From: Lama guanicoe
Taxonomy: Eukaryota
Assembly: GCA_013239625.1 (NCBI GenBank)
Contig: MU053487.1
Location: 1,943,058-2,007,057, forward strand
Direction of reading: 5' to 3'
Length of the DNA: 64,000 nucleotides
Each line of letters opens with the position of its first letter. Within the stretch, counting starts at the first letter, position 1. Below the pieces are notes generated by a model. The model was given only the letters and a program-made list of their open reading frames with translations. It was not told the DNA's origin and ran no database searches. Shown here piece after piece: positions 38,106 through 50,200 of the stretch. The position numbers and the translations under genes were made by a program.

Positions 38106-38762
38106 TGATGCAAGAAAACGGATGTCGGGTGTGAGGAGGGCGGAGTCCCAGGTCTCGGCTGAGCCCTTGCGATGTGCCCTGCCAAGTGTGGGTCCTTGGC
38201 TTTGCGCAGGAAAGAATTCAAGTGCGAGCCACAGTTGAGTAAAGGTAGATTTATTTAGAGAGATACACACTGCATAGAGTGTAAGGCAAGAGAAAGGCAA
38301 GGAAGGAGGTGTGGGAATTGGGTGTTCAGGTTAAAGTAAAAGTAGGTACATACTCCGTTGACAGAGTGCGGGCCGTCTCCAAAGAGGAGGGAGTGACAAA
38401 GGGCCACTAGGCATGGTGTTGTCGGTTTTTACAGGCTCAGTAGCTTCACATGCCTTCAGGTGGGACCATTCCAACTGCCCTGGGGAAGGGGCTGAGATTC
38501 CCAGGAATTGGGCCACCACACATTCTTTGGCCTTTTGCGGTTAGCCTTGGGACTGTCATGGCGCCTGCGGGCATGTTATTGATCACGCTGTTACAGTGAG
38601 CATATAATGAAGCTCCAGGTGGACTAGAAGTCAAACCTCTTAATCTTTAAGGCCAACTAGGAGTTGAATCTTCCACCATTTTGGTGAATCTTCCACCATT
38701 TTGGTGTTAAATTGCTGTCATTCCTTGAGTGGCTGTACCCTGCCCCCTTCCCTCCTGTCTCA
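38106..38762 (-). mobile_element. ERV1 solo LTR (657 bp)
   Basis: TG...CA termini and a 4-bp TSD CTGG (38102-38105, 38763-38766). AATAAA on the minus strand at 38250-38255. Confidence 0.9.
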
Positions 38763-39292
38763 CTGGGACCTGAATTAATACCCCTGTGGGAGATGCTGCT
38801 CTCCCATCATGTTCTTCCAGTGGGGACATATGTGCTTGTCTTAGCAAATATGGAGGTGAGAGAAAATTCAGAATAAATCATCTCTAATATATAGCCTTTT
38901 TAGATCGAATTTGTCCTCCATAGAAAACTTATTAATTAAAGACCTAACTTATTAGACATTCATTGAGTCCATGGGAGTATAATTCCGAAAGTCAAAAGAC
39001 ACATTCTTACATTCTTGGGGTTTTTTTCTGGAAAATAATGTGAATTTGTATCCCACTTGGCTTCATTGTCATGGCCCCAACTCCCAAAGGAAGTGCTATA
39101 TTTTGAAATTGCAAAACCTCCGATTCCAAAGTCCTGACACAAAAAGAAATTTCCATGTAGAGAACTGAAACCCACCAATTAAGTACAGGCACAGCATAAA
39201 AATAGCTTTTAAATCTCAGATATTATGCTGTAATGGAATATGCTAAAAACATTTCCAGAAAGTGAAATAAAAGCATTAGTTACTGAGATCTT

Positions 39293-39933
39293 TTTGGGGG
39301 ACGGCGGTAAAAGTAGATTCATTTAGCGAGATAGATGCACACAGAGGGGTGGCAGAGGGGCGGTTACAGTAAAGGTTAAAGTAAAGGTGGATGCACTCCA
39401 TAGACAGAGTGTGGGCTGTCTCAGAAGGTGAGAGAGAGTGTGGTGTTGCTAGTTTTTATGTGCTAACAGGTGAGAGGATTATTCCAACTACTTTGGGGAA
39501 GGGGTGGGGATTTCCAGGAATTGGGCTACCGCCCCTTTCTTTGACCTTCCATGCTTAGCTCTGGGACTGTCATGGCACTTGTGGGTGTGTCGTTTACCAT
39601 GCTAGTACGTTACACTGTGTATAATGTAGCTCAAGGTCAACTGGAGGGCGAATCTCCCACCATCGATGGCCTCAGGGTCTATTGGGAGTTGACTTTTCCA
39701 CCATCTTGGTGCTGACTGCTGTGCCTGTCATTCTTTTAATGGCTGTGTCCTACCCTCTTCCCTCCTGACTCATTCACCCCTCACAGATTTTACCTCCATA
39801 ATCTTATGGGGGTGCAGAGGGGCAATGGTCTATCTTCCATAGCTACTTTAGGGCTGAGTAGGGGCGTTGACCTGCCTATCAGGGAGTAAAAATCTCTGAA
39901 TGCCTAATCTAGGGGCCCCAGGGACAGGATAGC
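39293..39933 (-). mobile_element. ERV1 3' end (env tail, PPT, U3-R) inserted as a probable L1-mediated retrocopy
   Basis: Homologous to the solo LTR from about 39307 to 39772. Polypurine tract on the minus strand at 39773-39787. Flanked by the 16-bp direct repeat TAGTTACTGA(G/A)ATCTT. Confidence 0.8.
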
Positions 39934-42289
39934 TAGTTACTGAAATCTTAAGGAAGCTAATTGATATATGATGGAATAGAAGAAAAACTTTAAATCATGA
40001 GATGCAGTAGTCCCGTGCATCAAGCTTCATTGGGGAATTTTGAATAAAGTTTTGTAATTACAAAGTTATCCCTGTTATCTTCTGAGACATCAATAAAGGC
40101 TTTGAGACACGTACTTTGATGATTTCAGAAGCCCACTACTCCCTATATATAAACTTGCTGATACGAAATAAGCTAGCATCAGTGAGTTCTTTCTCAGTAA
40201 CTAGCTTCTGGTTCTGAAATCCCTGATCTATTGATCAGAAATTTAAGTGCTGATTTTGCTTTTTGTATTTGGGTGGGGTTTTCCAGCTATTTCCATATAG
40301 TTCATTATAATAAGCGTATAATTCTTTTTATATAATGTAAAATATCACAAACATTCAAATAATGCAGAATCAGATAATGTAAAAGGTATAGTCCCTGGCT
40401 CTTAGAAAGCTGACTTATTTGGAGATAATTGTAAATACCATAGGTGAGAAGCAGGTTGGGGAGATACGAAATCCCCTCGTCACACTGTTCCCAGTGGGCT
40501 TCCTGCCCCCGCCCCCCGCTGCCGACTCCCTGTCCCAGGAAGCGCTGGTTAGTCTCCCTGTTCTCACCCTCATTTGTTCTGCATTCCTGAGAGTCGTCAT
40601 CTCTGGCATAGATATCAAGGGGCGGTACCACTGGTCCTGGGAAGGAGTTCGGGGAAGGACCAAATGCATGTGGATGGCTCAGGGTGCTGCTTGGGGAGAC
40701 GAAGGCTGTTCAGTCAGGTGGTCCACGCAGCAGCACAGACCCTGGGTTTCTAACGTAAGGCTGTACCGAGGGGGGAGGTAGAAGCCCTTCTCATTTTCTC
40801 TTGCTTTGATGGGCTGTTCATTTAGAGATGCTTAGGAACGAGTGAACTTCCTGCATTCCTCAGTTCCCTTGGGAAACTTTGACAAGAAGGTATTCCATTG
40901 CTGAATGTGATCCTTCATGACCAGTTCATTGCAAGGTTTTACTTTTGTATGCATGCGTGTTCTCACCAGTATATCGATGGGAAGACTGTTGCTAAAGATT
41001 GCAGGTGAGGCATTCAGAGCTTTAGGGATTATGCGTTGCTTTCTCCTGTTCCCTCCACTGGGGCCGAAAACTATGAACTAGAGGAAGGGCAATTACTTGG
41101 GATGCCTCTATGCCGAAGACACAAATGTCCTCCATGGCCTTTCTGTTGGTTCATTGTATGTTTTCTGACAGTTCTTCTGGCTTTGAGTATGATTTCTCTA
41201 AAGGCTTCAAATGGAAGGTTTTCCATCTCAGACCACCTACAGCCTTTTGTAATGATAGCATCTCACTTGTACGCTTCAGGGAGGAATGTTCCTCCAGGCG
41301 TGGATGGATGAACTCCGTCATAAGGAGTTCAGGGTCCTCCTCCATCAGCATCCACCCATGATTCTGAGCAAGAGTGATCCAGCAGACCAGCCACCCCCCC
41401 TGCCACTCCAATTCCCTTTTCCCTTTCCCACTGCCTCCCCTCCCCTTCCCCTTCCCCCACAGCTCTGAGCAAGGATGGGCAGGAAACAGAAGGGAGGACC
41501 AGGAGAGGAGGATGCCATTGCCAACATCCAAGATGAAAGCAGGTCTCCAAAAAAGTTACTTGCTAGAATGCATTTCATTTATTATAGAAATAAAAGGCAA
41601 AACAGCAAAAGAAAATTCTTGCAACAGCAACATAGGTACAGACTGCCAGTTTTAACATTTTCTTCTTGTTCATTTTTAGTCTTCTAAATATGCTGACACA
41701 ATTTTTAGAGCACTATTAAGGTTAGCTCATTCTTTCCGATCCTGCTTTAGTCACCTAAATATTACATTTTAGGTAATTTTTCATGAAGCTCTGTCATCTT
41801 TATAAGGATTAATTTGAATGTCAGGACAATAATTCATCAAGAGCCTGTTCCAAGGGTAATCTACCATTTGCCCTTGTTTGGAGATATCCAATTTCGTCTT
41901 ATTTTCATGCATTATAAATAGGGCCATAAATGATACACTCATGTGTAAGTAACATTCTTACAGTTTCTCGAATTTTTTTTAGGTTCCCTGGAGCAAAACT
42001 GTTGGGTCAAAAGAATGAATATTTTTATAACTATTGGAATGGGTTGTCAAATTGCTTTCTAACACTGCTCCGGTTCTTGCACACTGTGGGGTCATTTCAG
42101 CAAACACCAAGTACTTATTTTTCATGAGTGAGTTCTTAAAGAGTCTAAGAGAGTCTTAAAATCCAGATTTGTATGTCTATGTCTTGTTTAGACGAATGTG
42201 TGCATGTCCTCCGTCACCTTATACCATGCTGTCCACCATTCCCCTACCTGCTTAGCTGCACTGGGCTGCTCTCAGCGCCTAGAACTAGC

Positions 42290-42650
42290 CTTATTCTGAG
42301 CCCAGGGTCTGTGCACTGGCTCCCTCCTGCATAGAATTCTTCCCTCTCCCCACCTCCTTTCTTCCCATAATTCAGGGCTCAGGTCAAATGTCTCCTCCTT
42401 TCCAAAGCAACCTCCTCTGTCTGCCTTGGCTGAGGCCACCTGCCTCCTCTTGAATCTCTCCATCTGGTCACCCGATTTTAATGTCTTCCTGGCACTCATC
42501 ACTTCCCATGATTCCAATGTCCACAGGAACAATGCTTATCATCTGTCCTCTGCAGTGAGAACGTAACGTAGAGAAACTTTGTTCCCTGCTGATCGCCTGC
42601 AGCCTAACACAGCGCCTGGCACGCGGTAGGTACCCCACAGATATCTGCTG
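42290..42650 (+). mobile_element. L2a-like 3' end
   Basis: 'ctcaggtcaaatgtctcctcc' and 'gcctaacacagcgcctggcacgcggtaggt'. Confidence 0.75.
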
Positions 42651-43326
42651 CCTGAGAGCCCAGTTGTAACTCATTTATTGCATCACAGGGGACGAAAATT
42701 GTTAACTATTTTTTCAACCTTTCCAAATAATTTTTTTTAATGAATCACTGACAAATTATTTGCGGCCCTGCCTGTAATAAATGTATAGCATTCATCTAGC
42801 CTTAGCTCTTGGTGCCAAGCACTCCAGTTTTCTGCTGCAAGGTGCTCTGTCTCCGCCTCGCAGATTTCCTGCTGCCAGGGAGAAGGCGGACATCTACTGT
42901 GACCTCATCTGAAGGGCAAGCGGGTTCTTGCCTGATTTTTTTTCCTCACCAATTCTGTGAGGCTTTTAAATAGCCACACCTTCCCATAATTGTTAAGGGA
43001 GGAACCATGGAATTCATGGGGCTTCTTTCTCGGGGACCTATTTGGAGATTAATCAAAGCTCCGCTTTCGTTTCATTTTTGCTGATTCCTACCCATCTCCT
43101 TTGCTATTACAACAGCCTGCAAAAATAGCCCTGCACATAAATTATGTATCAAGTCTTTAAATAGCCTGGACTTTCTCTTTTCCTGCCCCACCTCCACCCA
43201 AGGAGAAAGACTGCATTGCTTTTATGAAGTACCTGTTGTCCCTGCTTTTAGACTTTTTTTCCTTGCACTAGGTAATTTTCTTTTCTGAAAGAAACTGATG
43301 TTTGATGAGAATCTTTGTTCAAAACA

Positions 43327-43328
<2 letters not shown>

Positions 43329-43360
<32 letters not shown>
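43329..43360. repeat. (AC)16 microsatellite
   Basis: Perfect AC run read directly. Confidence 0.97.
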
Positions 43361-43364
<4 letters not shown>

Positions 43365-44189
43365 GAAATATATTTTTAAAATAAAAATAGAAAGCCATAC
43401 TCAAAATTAAGACAAGACCTTTTGCTAGTGCCAGAAAGTTAGAGACAAAACCTTTCAGTTATGAGTGAAACTAAAATCGTATGGTCTGTCAGAGTAACCA
43501 AACCAGAGACAGGCCTTAGAGGCTGGGTCTTTATTTTTAAAAAATTACAGTCCTCAGGGAGGCAGTAGGGCTGTGAGAGTCAAGGCCCTGACTCCGCGAG
43601 CTTCCTGCATAAATAAACCTGGGAGCCACGCAGTGTGTTCTCATCTGTGAAAGCTCCCATGATCAACCCTAGGATAGGACTCAGAGGCTGGCAAGGGCCT
43701 TGGGACATGGGTAGAAATAGAGCAAGGAGCAAGAAAGCAAAGTTTCTAGACTGTATCCTGGGATAGTGGGGACCCCAAATCTCCAAAACCTTTGTGTGGA
43801 AACACAAAGTAAGAGAGTGATGCAAAACTTGCCCAAAACCAGTGAACCACAAAGGCCAGAGGAGAAATAACTCAGAATAGAACTCAGACATCCCAGTGGG
43901 AGTGCCTCCACAAGCTGAAACCCACGTAAGACCTGCACAGGAGCCGCCTCCTGTTGAGAATGAGCTCACACACGAAGATAAGAAAGTTCCTGAGCAGCAG
44001 TTGTCAGAGCTACCCCCATGGGAGGCAGCATACTTAGAGATTGGAAAATAGCACAATCCAAAAAGGTGCGACTTGATTCAGTAAGAAAGACAGTGGGGCT
44101 GGCAGGTGGGGCAGTGGGAGGGCCAACGATTAGAGAGACAAAGGCAGAACAAGTATGCACATGTGCAGGTGTTGTGTTCATCTGCATGG

Positions 44190-44700
44190 AGTGGAAGAAC
44201 CAATAGGTGAGTTTTTGGGTGCAAGACAGTTCACAAAGATAACAGCATTTGTGTCACTCAGCAGTAACCAAATGTAAGTTTCTTAAAGTTCCCATTCACA
44301 ATCAAGAAGCATGAGATACTTGGGGACATATCTAATAAAAGATAAGCGTGACTTAGTGGAGAAATTGCCCAATGTTACTGCAGGAGATAAAGGATAAACG
44401 GAAATACATGAGCAAATAGAAGGGCAGGCTGTGTTCATGAATGAAATGACTCAGTATGTTAAAGACATAAATTCTCCCCAAATCCATCCTTATAGTCAAT
44501 ATCTCTGGTTCTAAAAGTCACAGGGCAGAATTATCCAGGAGCAGCAACTGAAGGTTAAAAAATGTAGCAAAAAGCAAAAATATCAAAATTTACGCCAAAG
44601 ACATAGTAACTCAAACATTATAGTGCTGACGGAAGAATAGTTAAAAGGACCTGGCTCAGTACGTCGATAAGTTGCTAGCCCAGTAACAAAATCACTCATC
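44190..44700 (+). mobile_element. Highly decayed L1 ORF2 fragment
   Basis: 'ccattcacaat...gatacttggggacatatctaataaaaga' and 'tgttcatgaatgaaatgactcagtatgttaaagacataaattctccccaaat' (echo of the MSILPK region). Confidence 0.55.
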
Positions 44701-46949
44701 AGGGGAATGCGGTATGTGTCGGGCCACTCACATATGGAATCTAAGAGGGTACAAAGAAGGCTTTATTTTATTAGTCGTTTTATGTCTTATTTGAAAATAT
44801 GCAAGAATATAACAAAAAGTTTGATTTCTGAATTCCAAACAGTAGATTATAGGTATTTTTTATACATAGCTTTTCCTAGTAGGATTTTATAAAGAAAAAG
44901 GTAATATTTTCACTCCAATTCTCTCTTTATTAAAGCTGGCAGGTAGGAGAATCTATAGACCAACAAATTGAATGCCTGAAATAAATAAATTAACATTATT
45001 ACATGCAGGAAAGCGAACGTGTATTAAGAATTTCCTGTCTTCCTGGGACTAGGCCAGATGTAATGAATGCATCAGAGGAAGCCTGGACATCAGTGAGGCA
45101 GAAGAAGGACCACAGTATTTCAGCGGGTGTGGTTCTGGGTTAATAAACCCTGCTCTCGGGGTTTATGCACAAATCTCTGTTACTTCTCTAGATAAAGCCC
45201 AAAAGGGCAGTTTGTAGCAGAAAAAAATTTCATGCTTGGTTTTTCTGTTAAGATTTTTTTTGTAAGATTTTTTTAAACAACTAGCTAAACCGAATTGCAG
45301 AGCCTGAATGTGATTGTTTATACTTATGGAAGAACATAGACAGGAACACAGAAGTTCAACTTGGAATCAAGCAGGAAAAGAGGTAACTTGTGGGTGCAAC
45401 CACCCGATTGAGTACATTTTAAAATACACCCTAGATGAGATTTTCAAAGTCTATGGGAACTGTTCAGATAGATACTTAATGCTTTCTTATTTTAGAACCA
45501 AACAATCTTAATGGCAGTGGTGAAGCAGAGGAATGTTACGGGTAGAAAAAAAATCACATTCTCTATATTTATATGTGTGTATATTTTACATACATATGAG
45601 TATGTGTGTAGGGGAGGTATTTAATTTAGCTGAACTGAGAAACTGTGGTTCAGAGACTTTTTACATAGTGTTTAGCATAGCAAACAGCAATGGACTGACT
45701 TGCTAGAAAGGAAAAGGCCAGGCCACGTTTTCAAATGCTTTTTCATCAGAATCAGAGATGTTTAGTGAAATTCAGTGGGTCTAAACCCAAATATCCCACA
45801 TGGCTGCCTTTTCTTAGCAAGTTTATGCTGCCTATTGGGTTCTGGAAGGAATTTATTGAGAACCACAGATCCAGAAGCAGGGCGGTCAGTTGGCTGCAGG
45901 CAGAGCTTGCCTGGCTGGCCCTGGCCTCACTCATCCTGTCTGGGCAAGGCTCTGCTCAACGCCGCTCCTCTGTGAAGCTCTCTCTTCCGTGTTTGTGTGA
46001 GGTTTCAGATGGTTCCTCCCACTTGTCCTTCTGTCTCCGTCATCCCATCCTTAGCTTTCTCTCCCTCTTCCTTTCATTAGCCATCTTTGGTCAGTTTGCT
46101 GCTGGTTTTCATCACCTCCTTTTAAGGGCAGATTTCTCTCCTGACCTCCCAACGCCTATATCTAGTTGCCCAGAGATGGGGGTACCCCTCTCAGAAGGTC
46201 GTGGTGGTCAGACATGGTGATGAACCAGTGTAGAGGGACCTGATGGGCCACTGTTTCTCCTTGCCCTCCCCCTGCTCTATGTCCAACTCTTCTTCCCAAT
46301 GGTGGTCCTACAGACCAACAGTGGCCCCAAGTCCAACACAGGGCCCTGGGCTTCAGGCCCACCGAGGAGATGCTTCCCCGGAGGCGGGCTTCCACACACT
46401 TCTCCACATGCACACGATATCTAGAAATTTCTAGCAGACTCTGATCCACATGCAATAGTACCTCTGGGTGACTTGGTGCTCTGCCCCTCTCATCTCACCC
46501 CTTCACTTCCAGATCGCAGCTTCGCTGCCTGACTCAGGTAAAGGCTGATTCCTATCGGAAGTGCCATCTCCCTGTGATGCATGAGATGGCACTCCTGAGT
46601 GAACCCTGAAGGATGCACAGATTTCAGCCGACTCCTCCTCCCTTCCTGGCCGGAGGAAATAGCCACACTCTCTTCCCCTGTACTTCCCTCACTTCCGGTC
46701 AGGCACAAACCCTCTTGTAGGCTTGTTTCCTTCTTCTTCCACTCTTTTTCCACCTCCTTAGCTCAAAAAACCTTCATCATGTCTAAATCTGATCTTCCTC
46801 CTCTGCTTAGCCCTCTCAGGGGGACATTGTCTGTTTCATATCCCTCACACCTGAAATTCACAAGACGTTCGATCCGTGTCATCTGATTCTTCAATGCCAA
46901 TATTATGTGAAATAGCCACTCCTCATGTTTTTAGAGACTCAGCCAATTT

Positions 46950-47700
46950 ACCCCCCTCCCTCCTATTCCGAAGAATTTCTGGTCAGTTTCTTCATCCACT
47001 GAAGAGCTGGTCACCTGGTTTACAGCACCCAGCCTCTTCCCTGGTCCTGCCATCACCCTCACATCACCCTGGGTGACTTGTGTCAACCTAGATAACACAT
47101 GCAAGCACCTGGCTTCTCACTTCCTCCAGTGATGTCCCCTCTGCTTCCTCATCGGCTCCACATCCCCTTGGCCATCGGCTGGACCTCTTCATGACCTCAA
47201 CTCAACCTTCAAATCCTGAATGATAATGCACCGGGCTTCCAGCTCTAACTCTCAGTTTAAGTCTTCAGGAGTTCCTTAAACTCATTGCACTAACCACTTT
47301 TATAATTTCTTCCGTCTCTCTCAAGCCCTCTCTACCTTCACTTAATTCCCTATCAGCTTAGACTTCAGGCCCACCACTTCACCCACCATCTTACAAGTGT
47401 CATTAACTCCTTCACCCCCTGACCTTGAGTCACACCTCCCAGCGTGATCCTTGTCTCCATGGCAGTGTCTGCACACAGGCTGTGGATTGAGGCTGCAGAA
47501 AATCACACAACCACTCATAGGGGTTTCTAAATTCAAATTTCCCAGATCACAGCTGTAAGCTGCTTTTCCCATGATTCCCCTACTCCACTCCATTTTTCTT
47601 CTCTGCACGGCAGCTCCTCCAGCCTCCCCCACCGTCACATCTCCTACCTCAGCACCCATCTTCTCACTATCCACCTACTTCTCAGAGAAACTCAACGCAA
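46950..47700 (+). mobile_element. L2 internal (ORF) fragment
   Basis: Pyrimidine-rich, with 'catcaccctgggtgactt', 'ggctggacctcttcatgacc' and 'ggctgcagaaaatcacacaacc'. Confidence 0.55.
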
Positions 47701-49899
47701 AGCACTTTAATTCCCTGCCAACCCCCCGTGAGCCTAGGCGAGCACTGAGCTGGGCACTGAATAAAAGGAAGTAAAACAGCGCCTTGGTTGAGTGGACGGA
47801 GCTGGGGTCTTACAGTGGAACAGGCTTGGGTTCCGTCTGCTCCAGCTCCATCACAGCCTTGAACTGCAGAATGGTTATGGATAATGCTGACCTCTTAGGG
47901 TCCTGGCGTGGATTAAGCTAAAGGAGACAACGCAGGAAACTGCCCATCACCGCAGGTCATTATTAGACATTTCCTTGTGTTCTTGCCCCAGCGAAACGCA
48001 GAGGCTAATGTCAGAGGCAGAGCTGCCGAAACAACCACCCACGGTGTGAAAAGTGTGTCCTAGAGGCAGGACCATGGCCTTGGGAACCTGGGGCTGGGAG
48101 CAGCTCCCTCTGGCCAGCTCGGTTCCAGGAGGGCATCTAGGTGCGCGTCTGGTAACATAGTTTTTCTTTTATCTCCCTAAACTGTGACACACACGTACTG
48201 TTGATCTCTTTGGGTTTGAGAGAAAATTTCAGGAAAGGTAAGAAAAGCCTGCCATCTGCCATTCTAAGATTTATAGGGAGTTGCTATAGGAGTCAGTTCA
48301 GTGCATGTCAGCCTCTTCTTCAAACAGCTAGGACATGATTAACGCAACTTGTTATTAGAGGACGGGCTGCTGGTCCCACTCATATCCTCAGAGCTGCCCT
48401 GCAGGAAGCCTATCTCGATGGTAATTCATGAGGAGGAAATGCACTTACAAGCGGCAGCCTTGTTTGTGAAGAGGGCTCTCCGTCTGACGGAGGACCGTGC
48501 TGCTCCACTCAAGTAAACATTTTGAGAAGCGTGACCAGTGTTTTTAAAGGAACTGATGCAAATCCGATGTCTTCCTATTTGTCTGACTTCTCACAGGGCT
48601 TCATGCGCCCAGCCTTGCCCAGTTCGCTCCCGGGATGGGAACTGTGGACCTCTCCCAGGACAGGCTCTGTGGGAGGTACAGATGGTGACTGGAAGCTACT
48701 CCCGCCCTCGGGGACCACACCGCCATTGTGCAGTGTGGTGGATTTCATTTTTAGTAGATTACAAACCTCTTACTTGGAACCTCAGTAAAACTGATTTAAA
48801 TCTAGAAAACATAACAAAAAATAGTGGTTCTGCTTGAAGCAAGGGAGGAAGACCTGGAGCCACCCTCTTTGGAACACAGTTTGAAGGAAACAGGTGTGAT
48901 GAGTGAGGGTGAAGATGCTGCCTGATTTTTGGAACAAAATTTGAAGCACTGTCAGCATGGTGTCCCAAATTCTGCTGTTGACAGGAAATAATCAAGACAG
49001 TCTCATCTCCCACATCCATCCCTGCAGACACTGTCTTTTCTGTTCAAGTACACCTACCTCCATAGCAGGGGGTGGGGCTGCTAGACTATATGAAAGCTGT
49101 CCGTTCAACTTCCTTTGACTTTTAAAGTTTGAAAGTTCACTCTTTTTTCACTTTACTTTTCCGTCTCTTTCTATCCACATGTGACCCCTGGATTTATAAC
49201 TCCACTCTGTGGAGACACATCCACACCCCTTCATCCTGATGCTTCTGCTGGGGCCCCTGAGGACTTCCCTTACTCTCTTGTTACATCATGTGCATCGCGC
49301 CTGCTGCCTTGGAATTGCCCTGACTTGTTAATGTGCGTGTGGTATAAACCCAGCTAAGTTGCAGGCTCCTTGAGGAAGTCTTGAATGTACTCTTGTTTTA
49401 TGTCTTTCCTTGCACGTAAACTCACAGAAGTGACAGCTGACCGTCCATCCAGCCACATCACCCCATCTGGGAAGGCATCCCAGCTCCCCCTTCTCTGATC
49501 AGACCTGCCGTGGTTACTACTCTCTTCCGTCATTGCGACTTTTGCCATTGCATGGAGTAAATTTTATTTTGTCTTCCTCAACCTTCCAAGGGCAGCAACT
49601 TGTTAGCCATCCCTGCATCCCCAGTTCATCACACAGGACCAGCCATGGGAGCTTGGTAGATACTTGGTGGCACAAAGACATCCGAGAAGTCTCCAGTTTT
49701 CCACACTGGTTTCTCGTGAGCTCCTTGCTGTCACAGACTTGAGGATGTCTTCAGGTCCAGCCATCCTGTCATTTCTGAGTTACACTTGGAGCAAAAAAAC
49801 CTTTGGCAAGACTCCAAGCCTGGGGTCTTCCTCTTTTGTGAACAGCACAGGGTCTCCCACTGAAAGACCTTGCCTCCTTGGAGGGACCGTCACCTCATC

Positions 49900-49980
49900 T
49901 AGGGTGACCAACCATCCGAGTTTGCCAGAGACTTTCGTGGGTTTTAAAACTAACTCTCCCATATTCTGGGAAACTGGACC
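49900..49980. mobile_element. hAT-Blackjack MITE fragment (MER81/MER94-like)
   Basis: Terminal motif 'tagggtgaccaaccatccgagtttgcc'. Confidence 0.6.
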
Positions 49981-50024
49981 TCTAACTTATCTTTTTCCTT
50001 CGGAAAAAATACTTTAATTATATT

Positions 50025-50200
50025 TAGCCATTATTACAAAGGCAACAACTCAGGAACAGCCAAATGGGTTGGTGCTCAGGGCAGGGAACGGGGGTCGGAA
50101 GTGTCGTGGAACGTCCACGCCCACTCTGGACGCACTGACCTCCTAGCGCTTGAGTGGATTCACCAGCTCTCGCAGTCTGTGTCAGCCTACCTTGTCTGTA
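50025..50200. mobile_element. MER21-like LTR fragment
   Basis: 'ttacaaaggcaacaactcaggaacagccaaatgg' matches a recalled MER21 motif. Confidence 0.55.

Noticed and set aside
38106..39772. The two LTRs as 5' and 3' ends of one provirus
   Set aside because: The first has its own TSD on both sides. The second has a PPT on its far side and a separate long TSD. The two are also quite diverged.
40440..40640. CpG island or promoter (GC boxes CCCCGCCCCCCGC)
   Set aside because: Too short, with CpG density only mildly raised, and no associated first exon identified.
41151..41531. 126-aa minus-strand ORF with a protein-like C-terminal half
   Set aside because: No family recognised, it crosses a low-complexity tract, and no splice or poly(A)/TSD support was seen. 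A BLASTp or tBLASTn hit would reopen it.
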